IMG/VR virus record: IMGVR_UViG_3300022700_000241
DNA: 64,000 nt
Reading direction: 5' to 3' (one strand)
From: an uncultured virus (IMG/VR IMGVR_UViG_3300022700_000241)
Lineage: Duplodnaviria; Heunggongvirae; Uroviricota; Caudoviricetes
Shown: piece after piece, positions 29,301 through 38,609 of the stretch
Numbering within the stretch: the stretch's first letter is position 1
Layout of the letters: each line of letters starts with the position of its first letter
Made by a program: the position numbers and the translations under genes
Notes under the pieces: model-generated
Database searches by the model: none
The model's input: the letters and a program-made list of their open reading frames with translations, nothing else
Told to the model about the DNA's origin: nothing

Positions 29301-32300
29301 ATGGTCATGGTCGAGCAAAGCTCCACGACCTACGACATCCTGGAGGTCCTCTATCCCGAGCAGCAAACCCTCCACCGCAACCTTGCGGCGGTGGACCTGC
29401 GCCCCTACCAGCTACAGGGAGCCATCGGCAACGTGCCGTTCGCCGACACGCAGGTCCACACGAAGAACGATCCGGTCGTGCAGGGACTTCGCGCGGAGCC
29501 GAAGATCCACGATTACTTTATTCTCCGCGCGCTCCACGAGGTCGAGGCCGGGGGCGTAGTGATGCTCATCACCTCGACGACGACTGCCGACCGGCAGGAC
29601 GCGACGCTCCGCCGCGCGATGGTCCGCGGCGTAGACGCGCCCGGCGCTCCGATGTCGAACCACCGCGCGGCCTTCCTCGGAGGCTTCCGGCTTCCGAGCG
29701 GTGCCTTTGAGGCGAGCGCCTCGACGGCGGTGACGACTGACCTGCTGGCGTTCCAGAAGCTCCCGGACGGGATGCCGATGGACGATCTGCCCGCCGAGAT
29801 TTTCGAGCGGACGAATCAGTTCGCGGAGAACCCGGCCACACGTACCGACGTGCTGCGGGCCGACCGTACCCAGGCGTCCCAGGAGGCAGTCGAGACGGCC
29901 CAAAAGATCGAGTCCCAGGAGGAGCGTGTCGGCGAACTGCGCAACCGAATGCAGCACATCTCGGAGAAGATTACCGAGATCCGAGAACGGCGCCACGATC
30001 TTTCGTGGCAGGACGACGAGTATGATGAGCTTGGCTCCAGGATGCGCGAGCTTCGCGACGAGCGCCGGGACGTGAAAGAGCGCGGTCGTGAGGCGAAGCG
30101 GGAGCTTGACAACCTCAAGGGCCGCCTCGAAGAAATGGACGGCCAGCAGGTGTCGGCTCACCTCAACCGCTTCTTCGATGAGAACGAGGAGTTCATCCTG
30201 GGGGACCTCAAGTTCGGCTACAAGCGTCCCGCTCTGGACCTCTTCGGCGTCGAAGGGGACCTGGACGATGCCGTAGACCGGATTGCGGACTTCGATCCGA
30301 ACCTTCCGGTCGAAACGGCTCGCCCGAAGGCCATCTTTGCGGAGGGGACCGGGCAGCGGCTCGGGATTGACCGGCAGCACCCCGACGGCGCTATCGTCTT
30401 CCGGGACGGCCAGTTCTACGAGAGCCAGCCGGTCGGATACGACCCGATTACCGTCGAGGAGGAGTTCGAGGAGAAAGCCCGTTCGGCGGTTGACATCCTG
30501 GAGACCTACGAGGCCTTCACCCGCGCGCTTGCTCGGGAGGACGAAGAGACCGAAACGGTCCGGGAGAGCCTCAAGGTGAAGCTCCGAAACCACGTCCGGC
30601 GCTTTGGCGTGCCCGGCGACGACCCGGACCTCATGGAAGAGGTCTTTCGGTTCGACCCGCGGCGCCCGACGCTCGCGGCGCTGGTGGAGACCAATGCCGT
30701 GGGCAACGTCCAGTTTGCCGACGTGCTCGACTTCAACGACTGGTACCGAAACGACCAGAAGTCCTCCATCGAGGACGACGAGAATCTGGAGGCAATTTCC
30801 CAGTTCCTCCGCGCCCAAGGCGAGAAGCTCTCTGCCGAGTCCTACGCCCGGTTCTACAAGGGCGGGGAGCTATCGGTGGGGGAGATGGAGGACCTCCTGG
30901 AGGAGTCGGATAGCTTCTACTTCATTCCCCAGGTTGGCCCGGTCGAAGTGGTCGACCTCTCGGAGGCTGTTATCGACGAGGTACTCGATCACGTCAACCT
31001 TGAGGAGGTCGATGAGGACCTTACTGCCATCGACGTGGTTGCGGAGCGTGCCGCCGAGGCGTACATGGAGCGCGAGGGCTCTTACATGCCGGAGGTCTTT
31101 TTCACGTCTGGCGAGATTTGGTCCCGCATTGACCTGTACGAGGAGATTCGCGAGCGAAGCAGCGATGCCGAGGTCCAGGACCGGATGTCCTCGATACTGG
31201 AGACCCTTCGCGAGGCGCTCCCCGAGCAGAAGGAATACTGGGACATCGCCATCGATCCGCGTCACTACCGCTCATGGCTCCCAATCGAGATCCTCCAGGA
31301 GTGGATCGAGGACGAGACCGGCTACGACACCGAAATCGAGTGGATCGACGCGCCGGACAACCCCGATGACAGAAAGCTCATCCTCCGGTACCGCAACAAC
31401 GGCACGTACGTTAGCGGATTCTCCGACGACAACTATAGCCAGGAGGACCTTTCGCGAGGGTGGCACGGAATCCCGTACTCCAACATCCTTGCCCGATACC
31501 TCAAGGGGCAGCACTTCCCGATCAAGCACGGCGGCAACGCCTACGTCGATCCGGAGACGAAGGAACCGATTCCCGACGTAACGACGCAGGAAGAGGCCAA
31601 AGAGCGGGGTATCTACACCCAAAACAAGCGCATCCAGTCTCAAAACGAGACCGAGATGCGGGAAACGATGAAGTCCGATTTCGAGGAGTGGGCCGACTCG
31701 GCAAGCTCCGAGATGCGAAGCCGAATCGCCGAAGCGTACAACCGCACGTACCGGTCCCGGTCCTTCCCCGACTTCGACGGGTCGACGCTCAACCTGCCCG
31801 GGTTCAACTTCCCGAAGCCAATTTTCGAGCACAACCTTGCCGCCGCCGAGAAGATGGTGTTCAACCAGGGCGGTGGGGACAACCACAGTGTCGGTGCTGG
31901 AAAGGCCCAGCCGCTCGACGCTACGGTAATGACACCGGAGGGGCCGACGAAGATGGGCGAGATCGAGGTCGGTGACATGGTGATGGGCGAGGACGGGAAG
32001 CCCACCGAGGTTACCGGCGTCTTCCCGCAGGGCGAGATGGACATCTTCGAGGTCACGTTCTCGGACGGCTCGACGACCCGCTGCACGCGAGACCACCTGT
32101 GGCTTACGCAAACGCAAGCCGAGCGGGATAATGCCAGCGAAGCGGCGGCAAAGGGTAAGGATTGGGATTGCGCCAAGCCGGAGGCCCGCACAACGGAGGA
32201 GATTATGGAAACGATGGAAAGCCGTCACGGCGGACCGAACCATACGGTGCCGGTCACCGAGCCGGTCGAGTTTACCGAGTCGATGCTCACCGTTGACCCC

Positions 32301-35300
32301 TACGTCCTTGGGGCTCTAATTGGCGACGGTATGATGCACAGCCGTCGCATCGTGCTCTCGACCGGCGATGAGGAAATTGCCAACGAAGTACGCGCGGCGA
32401 CCCCGGCGGGGATCACGCTAAACGACACCGAGGATCGGGAGGGTGGGTGCCCCAGCTATACTCTCCGCACTGCCGACGACAACACCGGGTCGGCAAACCC
32501 GATCATGCGGGAGACCAAGGCCCTCGGCCTCTACGGAAAGCGCTCCGACGAGAAGTTCATCCCGGAGCGCTACCTGTACGGCTCCGTCGAGCAGCGCACG
32601 GCGCTTCTCCAGGGCCTAATGGATACGGACGGGGAGGTCGACCACAAGGGCACGTCTGTCTACTTCACGACGGTGAGCGAGAAACTCGCTGGACAGGTAC
32701 AAACCCTCGTGCAGAGCCTCGGCGGGACCGCTGTGAAAAACGAAAAGGTGCCGCGCTACAAGTACGACGATGAGGTGCGCGTGGGCAAGACCTCGTACCG
32801 CCTCACTCTCCGGCTTCCGCCCGAGATCGACATCTTCCGTCTTGGCCGGAAGGCCGATGCCCGCCAGCCGAAGACCAAGTATCCGGCACGTCGGGCCATC
32901 ACCGACATCGAAAAGGTTGGCCACGAAGAGGCGCAGTGCATCCGTGTCGATTCGGAGTCGAGCCTATACCTCACCGACGACTTCGTGGTGACGCACAACA
33001 CGTTCGCTTCGATTATCGCCATCGAGACGCTTCGCCAGCGCGGGCTCGTGAACAAGCCGATGTTCGTGGTGCCGAGTCAGGTGGTGGAGAAGTGGATGAA
33101 GGAGTACCAGGAGCTTTTCCCGGACGCTTCGATCCTCGTCCTCCGTGGCAAGAGCGAAGGGCTCGAAGAGGAGCTATTCCGCGCGCAGGTCTACGACTAC
33201 GACGCGATCTTCATCACGCAGACAGGCTTCAAGGCCCTGGAGCTTAGCCCCGACGCCCGGCGCGAGCGCATCAACGACCGGATCGAGAAAAACGCCGAGA
33301 TTGCCGAAAACCTCCGGGAGGATCTGGAGAGCGACTATCCTACCTCGATGGTGTCCGGCGTCCCCGACGGGATTGAGGACCGCATCAACGAGTGGGCCGA
33401 CGACATCGAACAGATCCAGGAGGAGGCCGCCGAAGAACAGGTGGACCGCATCTTCCTCGATGAACTCGGGGTCGATGCCTTCATCTTCGATGAGGCGCAC
33501 GCCTACAAGAACGCCTCTGCACCCTCACAACTGGCCGCCGAACTTGGAATTGTGGGAGACGTGAGCCAGCGGGCCGTCGACACGAAAACCAAGGTCGATT
33601 GGCTCTTCTGGAAGCAAGGGGACGACGTGAACTCGTTCATTTTGACCGCCACACCCCTGGAGAACAACCCCCTGGAGGTGTGGCACATGCTCCAGCTTTG
33701 CGGCCCCTCGGTCCTGGAGAAGTTTGGCATCGAGAGCCTCGATGCGTTCATCGACCTCTACGTCGAGGTGCAGCGCCGGATCGAGCGGAAGGTAGACGGC
33801 TCGTTCGACTCGGAGGAAGTGGTGACCGGCTTCCAGAACGTCACCGAACTCCAGCGAGTCCTCGACGAGCGGCTGGACATCATGTCCTACGACGAACTCA
33901 TCAACTTCTACACCGACCCCGAGGAGGAGGGCGGCCTGGGCCTCGACGCGGACGACATTCCGTTTGGGCGCCCGGACGCGGAGGTTCACCACGACGTGCT
34001 GGAGCCGAGCGAGATTCACGAGGTGCTGCTTGAGGACATCCGGCTCCGTGCCGACATCATCCGGCAGGCCCTTCGCAACGGCGTGAAGCTGACGGACAAT
34101 TACCTGTCCCTCACTACCGACGGCGGAGCGATGGCCGAGGACCTGCGGCTCTACCAGCCGGGGTTCTGGGGCTACGACGGTCCGGGACTCAAGGTCGACA
34201 CGATTGCCGAAGAGGTGGCCGCCGAGTACAAGCGGACCGGCCTTCCGCTCGACGACAAGGGCGACCCCATTTACCCGCCGGAGGACGCTCCCACGGACCT
34301 CGAACCCACGACGCCGACCACGGCCCGCGCGAACCCCTCCGTGGTGACCGACCGGTTCGGCGCCCCGATTGGCCGAGAGCCCGACCGTGACGAGGAGCGG
34401 GAGAACCCCTCCGGCCCGAACCTCGGGCGCAGCGCGCATCGGGCAGCCCGGACCAACCCCACGGAGTCAGAAGAGGCCTTCATCGAGTCGCTCGAAGAGG
34501 GCGACGAGGTGCCTCTGGACCCGGACTTCGCGCCGGGCACCTCCGAGGGAGAGACCGTAGAGGTCGACAGCTTCGCGCCGCGCAACCAGATCATCTTCAC
34601 CTCGTCGGCCAGCTTCAAGGACGGCCCCTACTACTCGGAGAACCCCGCCGAGGAGCTTCCCTACGTGGAGAGCGTCGAGCGATACGACACCAACGACATG
34701 GAGCCGCCCCTCTACGTGAGGTTTGAGTCCGACTCGTGGCTCCGCGAGATCAAGCGGCTCCTGGTCGAGCAAGGCATCCCCGCGGAGGACATCGCCATCG
34801 TCTCCGGGACGATCATTGGCCTGGAGGAAGGCCCCGACGGAGAGATGCAAGACCGCTACGTCGAGTCCGACGACGACAAGAACAAGTTCAAGGCGCAGGT
34901 CCAGGAGAAATTCCAGCGCGGTGAGATCAACGTCATCATCGGGACCAATGCCATTAGCGAGGGGATGAACCTCGACCGGTACACGACGGCACTCTACCAC
35001 ATGGACGTGCCCTGGAAGCCGTCCAACGTCGAGCAGCGAAATGGCCGCGCCCTTCGCCAGGGCAACATCTACGGCGAGATGGACATCACCTTCAAGCTCC
35101 TGGAACGCAGCTTCGACAACTACCGCCTCAAGCTGGTCAACAAGAAGCAGTCGTGGATCGACGACGTGCTCTACGGGGACTTTGATCTCTCGGAGGGGGA
35201 CGACGATAAGGTCCGCACGCAGGACGAGACGGGCGGACAGTCGCAGTCGATGGACTACCAGGAGATGATGGTGGCCACCTCCGAGTCCGACGTGATAAAG

Positions 35301-38162
35301 AACTTCTTCGAGGCGGTCCACGACGTGCAGCAGCTTGACCCCAAGCTCGACCGCCTGGAGTCGGAGCGCAAGACAAGAAAGCGGAAGCTGCGCTCGGCTA
35401 AGGAAGAGATCGAAGAGTGGTCCGACCAGCTTGAGGTCCAGCAGAGCGAGTTCAACGACGTGCTCACCACCGACCTTCCGGAGTCCAGCGAGTTTGAGGA
35501 GGGCATCCACTACGACGCCGACCTGCGGTATAACCGCGGCAAAGAGTGGCGCGGGGAGGTCCGCATGATGGTTGCTGGCGACCGCAGCTTTGAGTTCACC
35601 GGCGGCGCGGGGCTCTCGGGGGCGAACATCGGGAGTAATGCAAACGTCGGCACGAAGCTCATCACGGCGCGCGTGACGGACGGCTCTCCAAAGGTAGAGG
35701 TCCGCTATGCGTGGTCGAAGCGCTCGGCCAGGAACCGCGGGCAGAAAGCCCGGTCCTCCGAAACCTACCTCCAGCGTAACCTCAACGGCGTCGCCGCCGA
35801 CCACGAGGACTGGATGGACTACTGGCGGTCCGATGTGGACGAGCTTATCGAGGGAGAGATCCGCGAGCAAGTCAAGGAGAACCTCGGCGAGGAAGAGAGT
35901 CTCGACGAGGGAAACTTGCCGGAGATCCCCGACCCGCTGACCATTGAGGCTCTGTACTCGCTCTTCTCAAACCAGAACGACAACCGGCTGGACGACCTCA
36001 CCTACTCGGAGGTCAAGCAGATGATTGGCATCGAGCCGGGCGGTCGCTTCGCCAGTGAAGAGTGCTGGCAGCGGTGGACACCGGTAATCGAGCGCGGCGT
36101 CGCGGAGGGGCTTCTGGGCTACGCCCACACCTACGAGTCGCTCGCCAGCGAGATGATCTCCGAGATCGAGTCGAAGCGAGACAAGGCTCGCCAGCAGCGC
36201 GACCTCATGGAGCGCTCCATCTCCGACATCGAAGAGCAGATCGAGGAGACCGAAGCGCGGCTCGAAGAGGCCAAGCAGGAGGTCGACGATCTCCGAGGAG
36301 AAGTCAACGACGAGCTTGCCTCCCGCTTCGACGGGCGAGGCGGCCTCTACCAGTACCTCAACCAGATCCGTGAAGAGTTCGGGATCGACACGGAAATTCC
36401 GATGCGGGTCGTCGGAGTGGATACCGGCTCCGACACCGAAGAGGACGACGAGCCCGATGATGACATTCTCGTAGACGCCACCCTCGATGACGTAACCGAG
36501 GAGGGGGAGGAGGCCTTTGAGATCGATGAAGGCGAAGAGAGCGGCGGGCAGGACGAGCCCGAGTCGGAGCCGCCTCCCTCCAGCGCAGACGAGCCCGAAG
36601 AGGTGTCCCCGGGCCGCCTGGAGGCGACCCTGGAGAAGACCGACGACTCGGCCACTGGCCACTACATCGTCGACGATGAGTCGGACTTTATTGCCTGGGC
36701 AGGGACCAGAATGAACACGTCCCTGGAGGTCGACCCGGCAGTTCTGTTTGACGAGGACCGCGAGGTGCCCAGCTTCGACAGTCCGGCTCTTTCCGACCGC
36801 CTACGCTCGGTGGTCGTGGAGGGGCGCGGGCAAATCTTCTCCCACTTCGGGAGCAGCTTCGCGAAGCGGCTCCCCTCCCCGGTCCCGTACATCCCCAGTG
36901 AGGATGACCGGATGAAGGCCATCGTCGGGCAAGGCAACAAAGGCGCCTACGCCGACGAGATGGTTGCGGTGGCGGACCCGATTGGGGAGGATGCCTTTGA
37001 GCTTTGGCTCTTCGGCTACGCCCAGCGGCAGATGGCACTGGGCAGAGCCGATTCGGTGGCCGAGGTGCGCTCTCGCCTGCAAAACGAGTACGGCGACTTT
37101 GAGCCGCGCGGCACGCCCTCACAGGTTATGCCGTCGGAGGTGCAAAACAAGATGAAGGCGACGGGGCTCGTCGTTCCCCAGGGGGCGACCCTTCACGCGA
37201 CGCAGGGTGTCTCTCCGCGGCAGGTCCCCCGCCACGCGCTTCTGGATGCCTTCGTGGCACTGGTGCCCCAAAGCGGGGCGAGCGACTATTCGGAGGTGCA
37301 GTACATCTACGCCGATCACTGGCAGTTCGTGATGCAGGCGCTTACGACCGGCAATACCGACACCGTAAGCGCGGAGAACGTCGTGATGGGCGTCCTCCCC
37401 GAGGAGGAGCGCCAGATGGAGCGACCGGCGGTCTACTTCTCGACCCCGACCGGCGTACAGGCCTTCGTGAAGGTGGCCGCAAGCGGGGATCCCCTCATCA
37501 ACCCCTTCGACGACGACTCGTCGGCGGACAACCTGTTCAAAACCTCTCTCCCGATGACATTCGGAGAGCGGGTCAACCCGTCCCCGAACGGGGCCTCGAC
37601 AGACCGGCGCGACATCTTCCCGGCCTCCCCGATTGGGCAGGGCCACGTTCGCTCGAACCCGGGACAGTCGCCGACCGACGTGGCCAGCGTCGACACCGAC
37701 CATGCGCTAAGCTACCTCGCGCGCACCGAGCCCGGAACCTTCAAGGTCAACGTCGGGGAGAAACAGGTCCGCGCCAACGAAGAGGAGGTCCACCACATCT
37801 TCACGGACCCGAACGGCACCCTCCTCCTTATCGTGCCCGACAGTCGCGTGGACATGGTGGAGGTGCCGGAAGGTACCGCGACCGACGCGGAGGAGATGCA
37901 CGAGGAGTTCACCCACTACGAGGCGGACGGGGAGTCGATGGTGATGGACCTTCCGGACTCGGACCCCGACGAGGCTCCGGTCGTTGGGCACGCCGAGGAG
38001 ATCATCTACGAGTCGGACAAGGTGATGCGCCCCGGCGACGAGAAGGGTGAGATCCACACCTACGTCCACGAGTTTGACGACGGCCAGCGCCCAGTGCGGC
38101 AATGGGAGGATGTGGCCATCGTCGACGAGGTAGCCGTCGATGGGCGAGGCATCCTCAACTGA
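26304..38162 (+). CDS. 3952-aa DarB-like polyvalent protein: ART-like domain, N6-adenine methyltransferase and SNF2-family helicase (intein-containing)
   Basis: WFGDW..LFHGT (ART-like). YTGAGGL, ILEPGAGIGNF and AIGNVPF (methyltransferase). HSVGAGK[intein]T, DEAHAYKN, TATPLEN, EGMNL and QRNGRALRQGN (SF2/SNF2). 9 RxNP motifs. Confidence 0.9.
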   Translation: METADTEDARFPPLDPDAPGDPFSDVSYPRRSGVADIEPPPVIHTKEFRRWFGDWKNPDADHSVIVDERGRPDVLFHGTLLQPDAEIEGFEPGSFGVSRSIGVHLAFDNRVTDAFTVGREAKDQSKRGPSSFRETTPGEDAMTRIKPGGRVLPVFANVRRPLDLAGGFEPLGYSAEEVWEGRVHDDHLIQHAVTYLALEAEPDLLDVIGLNIDREQIIREVEERIRKIEAGEAYEDEVPPGGMNAIIATNRSASVSTVDEKRERFLEVFYESYPYDGIIYVNTSGQEVMRDEIDPLSLIVFDPANVKSIYAESFEPGDPTLGVRGNPPFIGDRPTAEDLRGSVSLEATDPHRTNPLNDQTQPGAMSDTTDTRENERLEDRLRRQNPGDPREAHSGDGRRGAEPERPNPSAEETGSKDGSEQEVRQNDREDFVELMQAAARLRELFLEKRERIIEKGDEETARQFAEGFGPLFDLLREAADENNADFDTVKEEVGLVETIPEAVPERGPFGFPEESFDDNFYLTAEGETNGHLAIHTSESGEDLAEEDIEDTSITASVSKQVTDALRDGELDIEVEEWTKKGQKWEVAIGEPYGLDLQIKFGDRQLPEADKAYTVIQKGSTSPDAFARFLVDLTKELAPALQEVRASDVQWRVADFASALIQRGTREGTAPEEYVEPRPRQSYILGRPTEQGADPTIVLRSGGVFGVSQDGVLPEQEVELAIRRARQTGIKTAIFVGHGVSAVGQPQQVSRIVIGEKDLKTKPRYDHKPGTLSMVHSRSPQTISMVADHDRREDTERGSPEKIRELLGEVSDLETYRVFPVQQPDGETVDTFYRWHEPTMPENAVNAESEEDLGFSSGETVQASRADIERTFRPEDMGGEEFENVESDVDLTGRDPLVLTPEDRRVANRRAIDIITNKEPAQITDKDREVLLEYTGAGGLGTDTGTGSVRGERTEHYTDYRLIRAMWSAMGNVGQEGNILEPGAGIGNFAGLRPNDQTGHMVMVEQSSTTYDILEVLYPEQQTLHRNLAAVDLRPYQLQGAIGNVPFADTQVHTKNDPVVQGLRAEPKIHDYFILRALHEVEAGGVVMLITSTTTADRQDATLRRAMVRGVDAPGAPMSNHRAAFLGGFRLPSGAFEASASTAVTTDLLAFQKLPDGMPMDDLPAEIFERTNQFAENPATRTDVLRADRTQASQEAVETAQKIESQEERVGELRNRMQHISEKITEIRERRHDLSWQDDEYDELGSRMRELRDERRDVKERGREAKRELDNLKGRLEEMDGQQVSAHLNRFFDENEEFILGDLKFGYKRPALDLFGVEGDLDDAVDRIADFDPNLPVETARPKAIFAEGTGQRLGIDRQHPDGAIVFRDGQFYESQPVGYDPITVEEEFEEKARSAVDILETYEAFTRALAREDEETETVRESLKVKLRNHVRRFGVPGDDPDLMEEVFRFDPRRPTLAALVETNAVGNVQFADVLDFNDWYRNDQKSSIEDDENLEAISQFLRAQGEKLSAESYARFYKGGELSVGEMEDLLEESDSFYFIPQVGPVEVVDLSEAVIDEVLDHVNLEEVDEDLTAIDVVAERAAEAYMEREGSYMPEVFFTSGEIWSRIDLYEEIRERSSDAEVQDRMSSILETLREALPEQKEYWDIAIDPRHYRSWLPIEILQEWIEDETGYDTEIEWIDAPDNPDDRKLILRYRNNGTYVSGFSDDNYSQEDLSRGWHGIPYSNILARYLKGQHFPIKHGGNAYVDPETKEPIPDVTTQEEAKERGIYTQNKRIQSQNETEMRETMKSDFEEWADSASSEMRSRIAEAYNRTYRSRSFPDFDGSTLNLPGFNFPKPIFEHNLAAAEKMVFNQGGGDNHSVGAGKAQPLDATVMTPEGPTKMGEIEVGDMVMGEDGKPTEVTGVFPQGEMDIFEVTFSDGSTTRCTRDHLWLTQTQAERDNASEAAAKGKDWDCAKPEARTTEEIMETMESRHGGPNHTVPVTEPVEFTESMLTVDPYVLGALIGDGMMHSRRIVLSTGDEEIANEVRAATPAGITLNDTEDREGGCPSYTLRTADDNTGSANPIMRETKALGLYGKRSDEKFIPERYLYGSVEQRTALLQGLMDTDGEVDHKGTSVYFTTVSEKLAGQVQTLVQSLGGTAVKNEKVPRYKYDDEVRVGKTSYRLTLRLPPEIDIFRLGRKADARQPKTKYPARRAITDIEKVGHEEAQCIRVDSESSLYLTDDFVVTHNTFASIIAIETLRQRGLVNKPMFVVPSQVVEKWMKEYQELFPDASILVLRGKSEGLEEELFRAQVYDYDAIFITQTGFKALELSPDARRERINDRIEKNAEIAENLREDLESDYPTSMVSGVPDGIEDRINEWADDIEQIQEEAAEEQVDRIFLDELGVDAFIFDEAHAYKNASAPSQLAAELGIVGDVSQRAVDTKTKVDWLFWKQGDDVNSFILTATPLENNPLEVWHMLQLCGPSVLEKFGIESLDAFIDLYVEVQRRIERKVDGSFDSEEVVTGFQNVTELQRVLDERLDIMSYDELINFYTDPEEEGGLGLDADDIPFGRPDAEVHHDVLEPSEIHEVLLEDIRLRADIIRQALRNGVKLTDNYLSLTTDGGAMAEDLRLYQPGFWGYDGPGLKVDTIAEEVAAEYKRTGLPLDDKGDPIYPPEDAPTDLEPTTPTTARANPSVVTDRFGAPIGREPDRDEERENPSGPNLGRSAHRAARTNPTESEEAFIESLEEGDEVPLDPDFAPGTSEGETVEVDSFAPRNQIIFTSSASFKDGPYYSENPAEELPYVESVERYDTNDMEPPLYVRFESDSWLREIKRLLVEQGIPAEDIAIVSGTIIGLEEGPDGEMQDRYVESDDDKNKFKAQVQEKFQRGEINVIIGTNAISEGMNLDRYTTALYHMDVPWKPSNVEQRNGRALRQGNIYGEMDITFKLLERSFDNYRLKLVNKKQSWIDDVLYGDFDLSEGDDDKVRTQDETGGQSQSMDYQEMMVATSESDVIKNFFEAVHDVQQLDPKLDRLESERKTRKRKLRSAKEEIEEWSDQLEVQQSEFNDVLTTDLPESSEFEEGIHYDADLRYNRGKEWRGEVRMMVAGDRSFEFTGGAGLSGANIGSNANVGTKLITARVTDGSPKVEVRYAWSKRSARNRGQKARSSETYLQRNLNGVAADHEDWMDYWRSDVDELIEGEIREQVKENLGEEESLDEGNLPEIPDPLTIEALYSLFSNQNDNRLDDLTYSEVKQMIGIEPGGRFASEECWQRWTPVIERGVAEGLLGYAHTYESLASEMISEIESKRDKARQQRDLMERSISDIEEQIEETEARLEEAKQEVDDLRGEVNDELASRFDGRGGLYQYLNQIREEFGIDTEIPMRVVGVDTGSDTEEDDEPDDDILVDATLDDVTEEGEEAFEIDEGEESGGQDEPESEPPPSSADEPEEVSPGRLEATLEKTDDSATGHYIVDDESDFIAWAGTRMNTSLEVDPAVLFDEDREVPSFDSPALSDRLRSVVVEGRGQIFSHFGSSFAKRLPSPVPYIPSEDDRMKAIVGQGNKGAYADEMVAVADPIGEDAFELWLFGYAQRQMALGRADSVAEVRSRLQNEYGDFEPRGTPSQVMPSEVQNKMKATGLVVPQGATLHATQGVSPRQVPRHALLDAFVALVPQSGASDYSEVQYIYADHWQFVMQALTTGNTDTVSAENVVMGVLPEEERQMERPAVYFSTPTGVQAFVKVAASGDPLINPFDDDSSADNLFKTSLPMTFGERVNPSPNGASTDRRDIFPASPIGQGHVRSNPGQSPTDVASVDTDHALSYLARTEPGTFKVNVGEKQVRANEEEVHHIFTDPNGTLLLIVPDSRVDMVEVPEGTATDAEEMHEEFTHYEADGESMVMDLPDSDPDEAPVVGHAEEIIYESDKVMRPGDEKGEIHTYVHEFDDGQRPVRQWEDVAIVDEVAVDGRGILN
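31905..32999 (+). mobile_element. Intein (Ala1, class-3 type) with LAGLIDADG homing endonuclease, inserted in helicase Walker A
   Basis: GAGK|AQPLDA...VTHN|T, 365 aa. Block B CTRDHLW, block F AQCIRV and block G VVTHN give the W-C-T triplet. Endonuclease motifs LGALIGDG and LQGLMDTDG. Confidence 0.92.
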
Positions 38163-38198
38163 CGTTCTTTCTGCGCACTCCAAGAGACAGCGAGACAC

Positions 38199-38492
38199 AT
38201 GGCCACGCGAACGGTCGAGGTCCCGGTCGAGGTGCTGAACGAAGCGCGGAGGCGGGCTGGCAAGGAGCCGCTCGACGCCACCGGCACGGTTACGCTGGAG
38301 GTCGAGGAGGCGCAGCCCTCCAATCCCGCGGCCCCCGGCGCCCCAAGCCCGTCGATCTCGTCGAGCTTCCCGAAGGCCCGGACGCTCGCCTCGACGGTCC
38401 TCACCTATTCGGCAGTGGGGGCGGGTGTGGCTCTCGGGTCGTTTCTGGTGTCGTACTTTAGCGGAACCAAGTCGGCAGGCCCAGTGTCGTGA
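38199..38492 (+). CDS. Small membrane protein
   Basis: TM segment VLTYSAVGAGVALGSFLVSYF. Confidence 0.7.
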   Translation: MATRTVEVPVEVLNEARRRAGKEPLDATGTVTLEVEEAQPSNPAAPGAPSPSISSSFPKARTLASTVLTYSAVGAGVALGSFLVSYFSGTKSAGPVS

Positions 38493-38609
38493 AAGGACGA
38501 GCCAACCACCGAGACACGCTACTTCCCAGAGGGGTGGTCGTGCTACAAGCGGCGGCCCGCGTCTCGGGGCTCCTTTCGCAGTAAGGGGACCTCTCACTAC
38601 ACGACCCTC

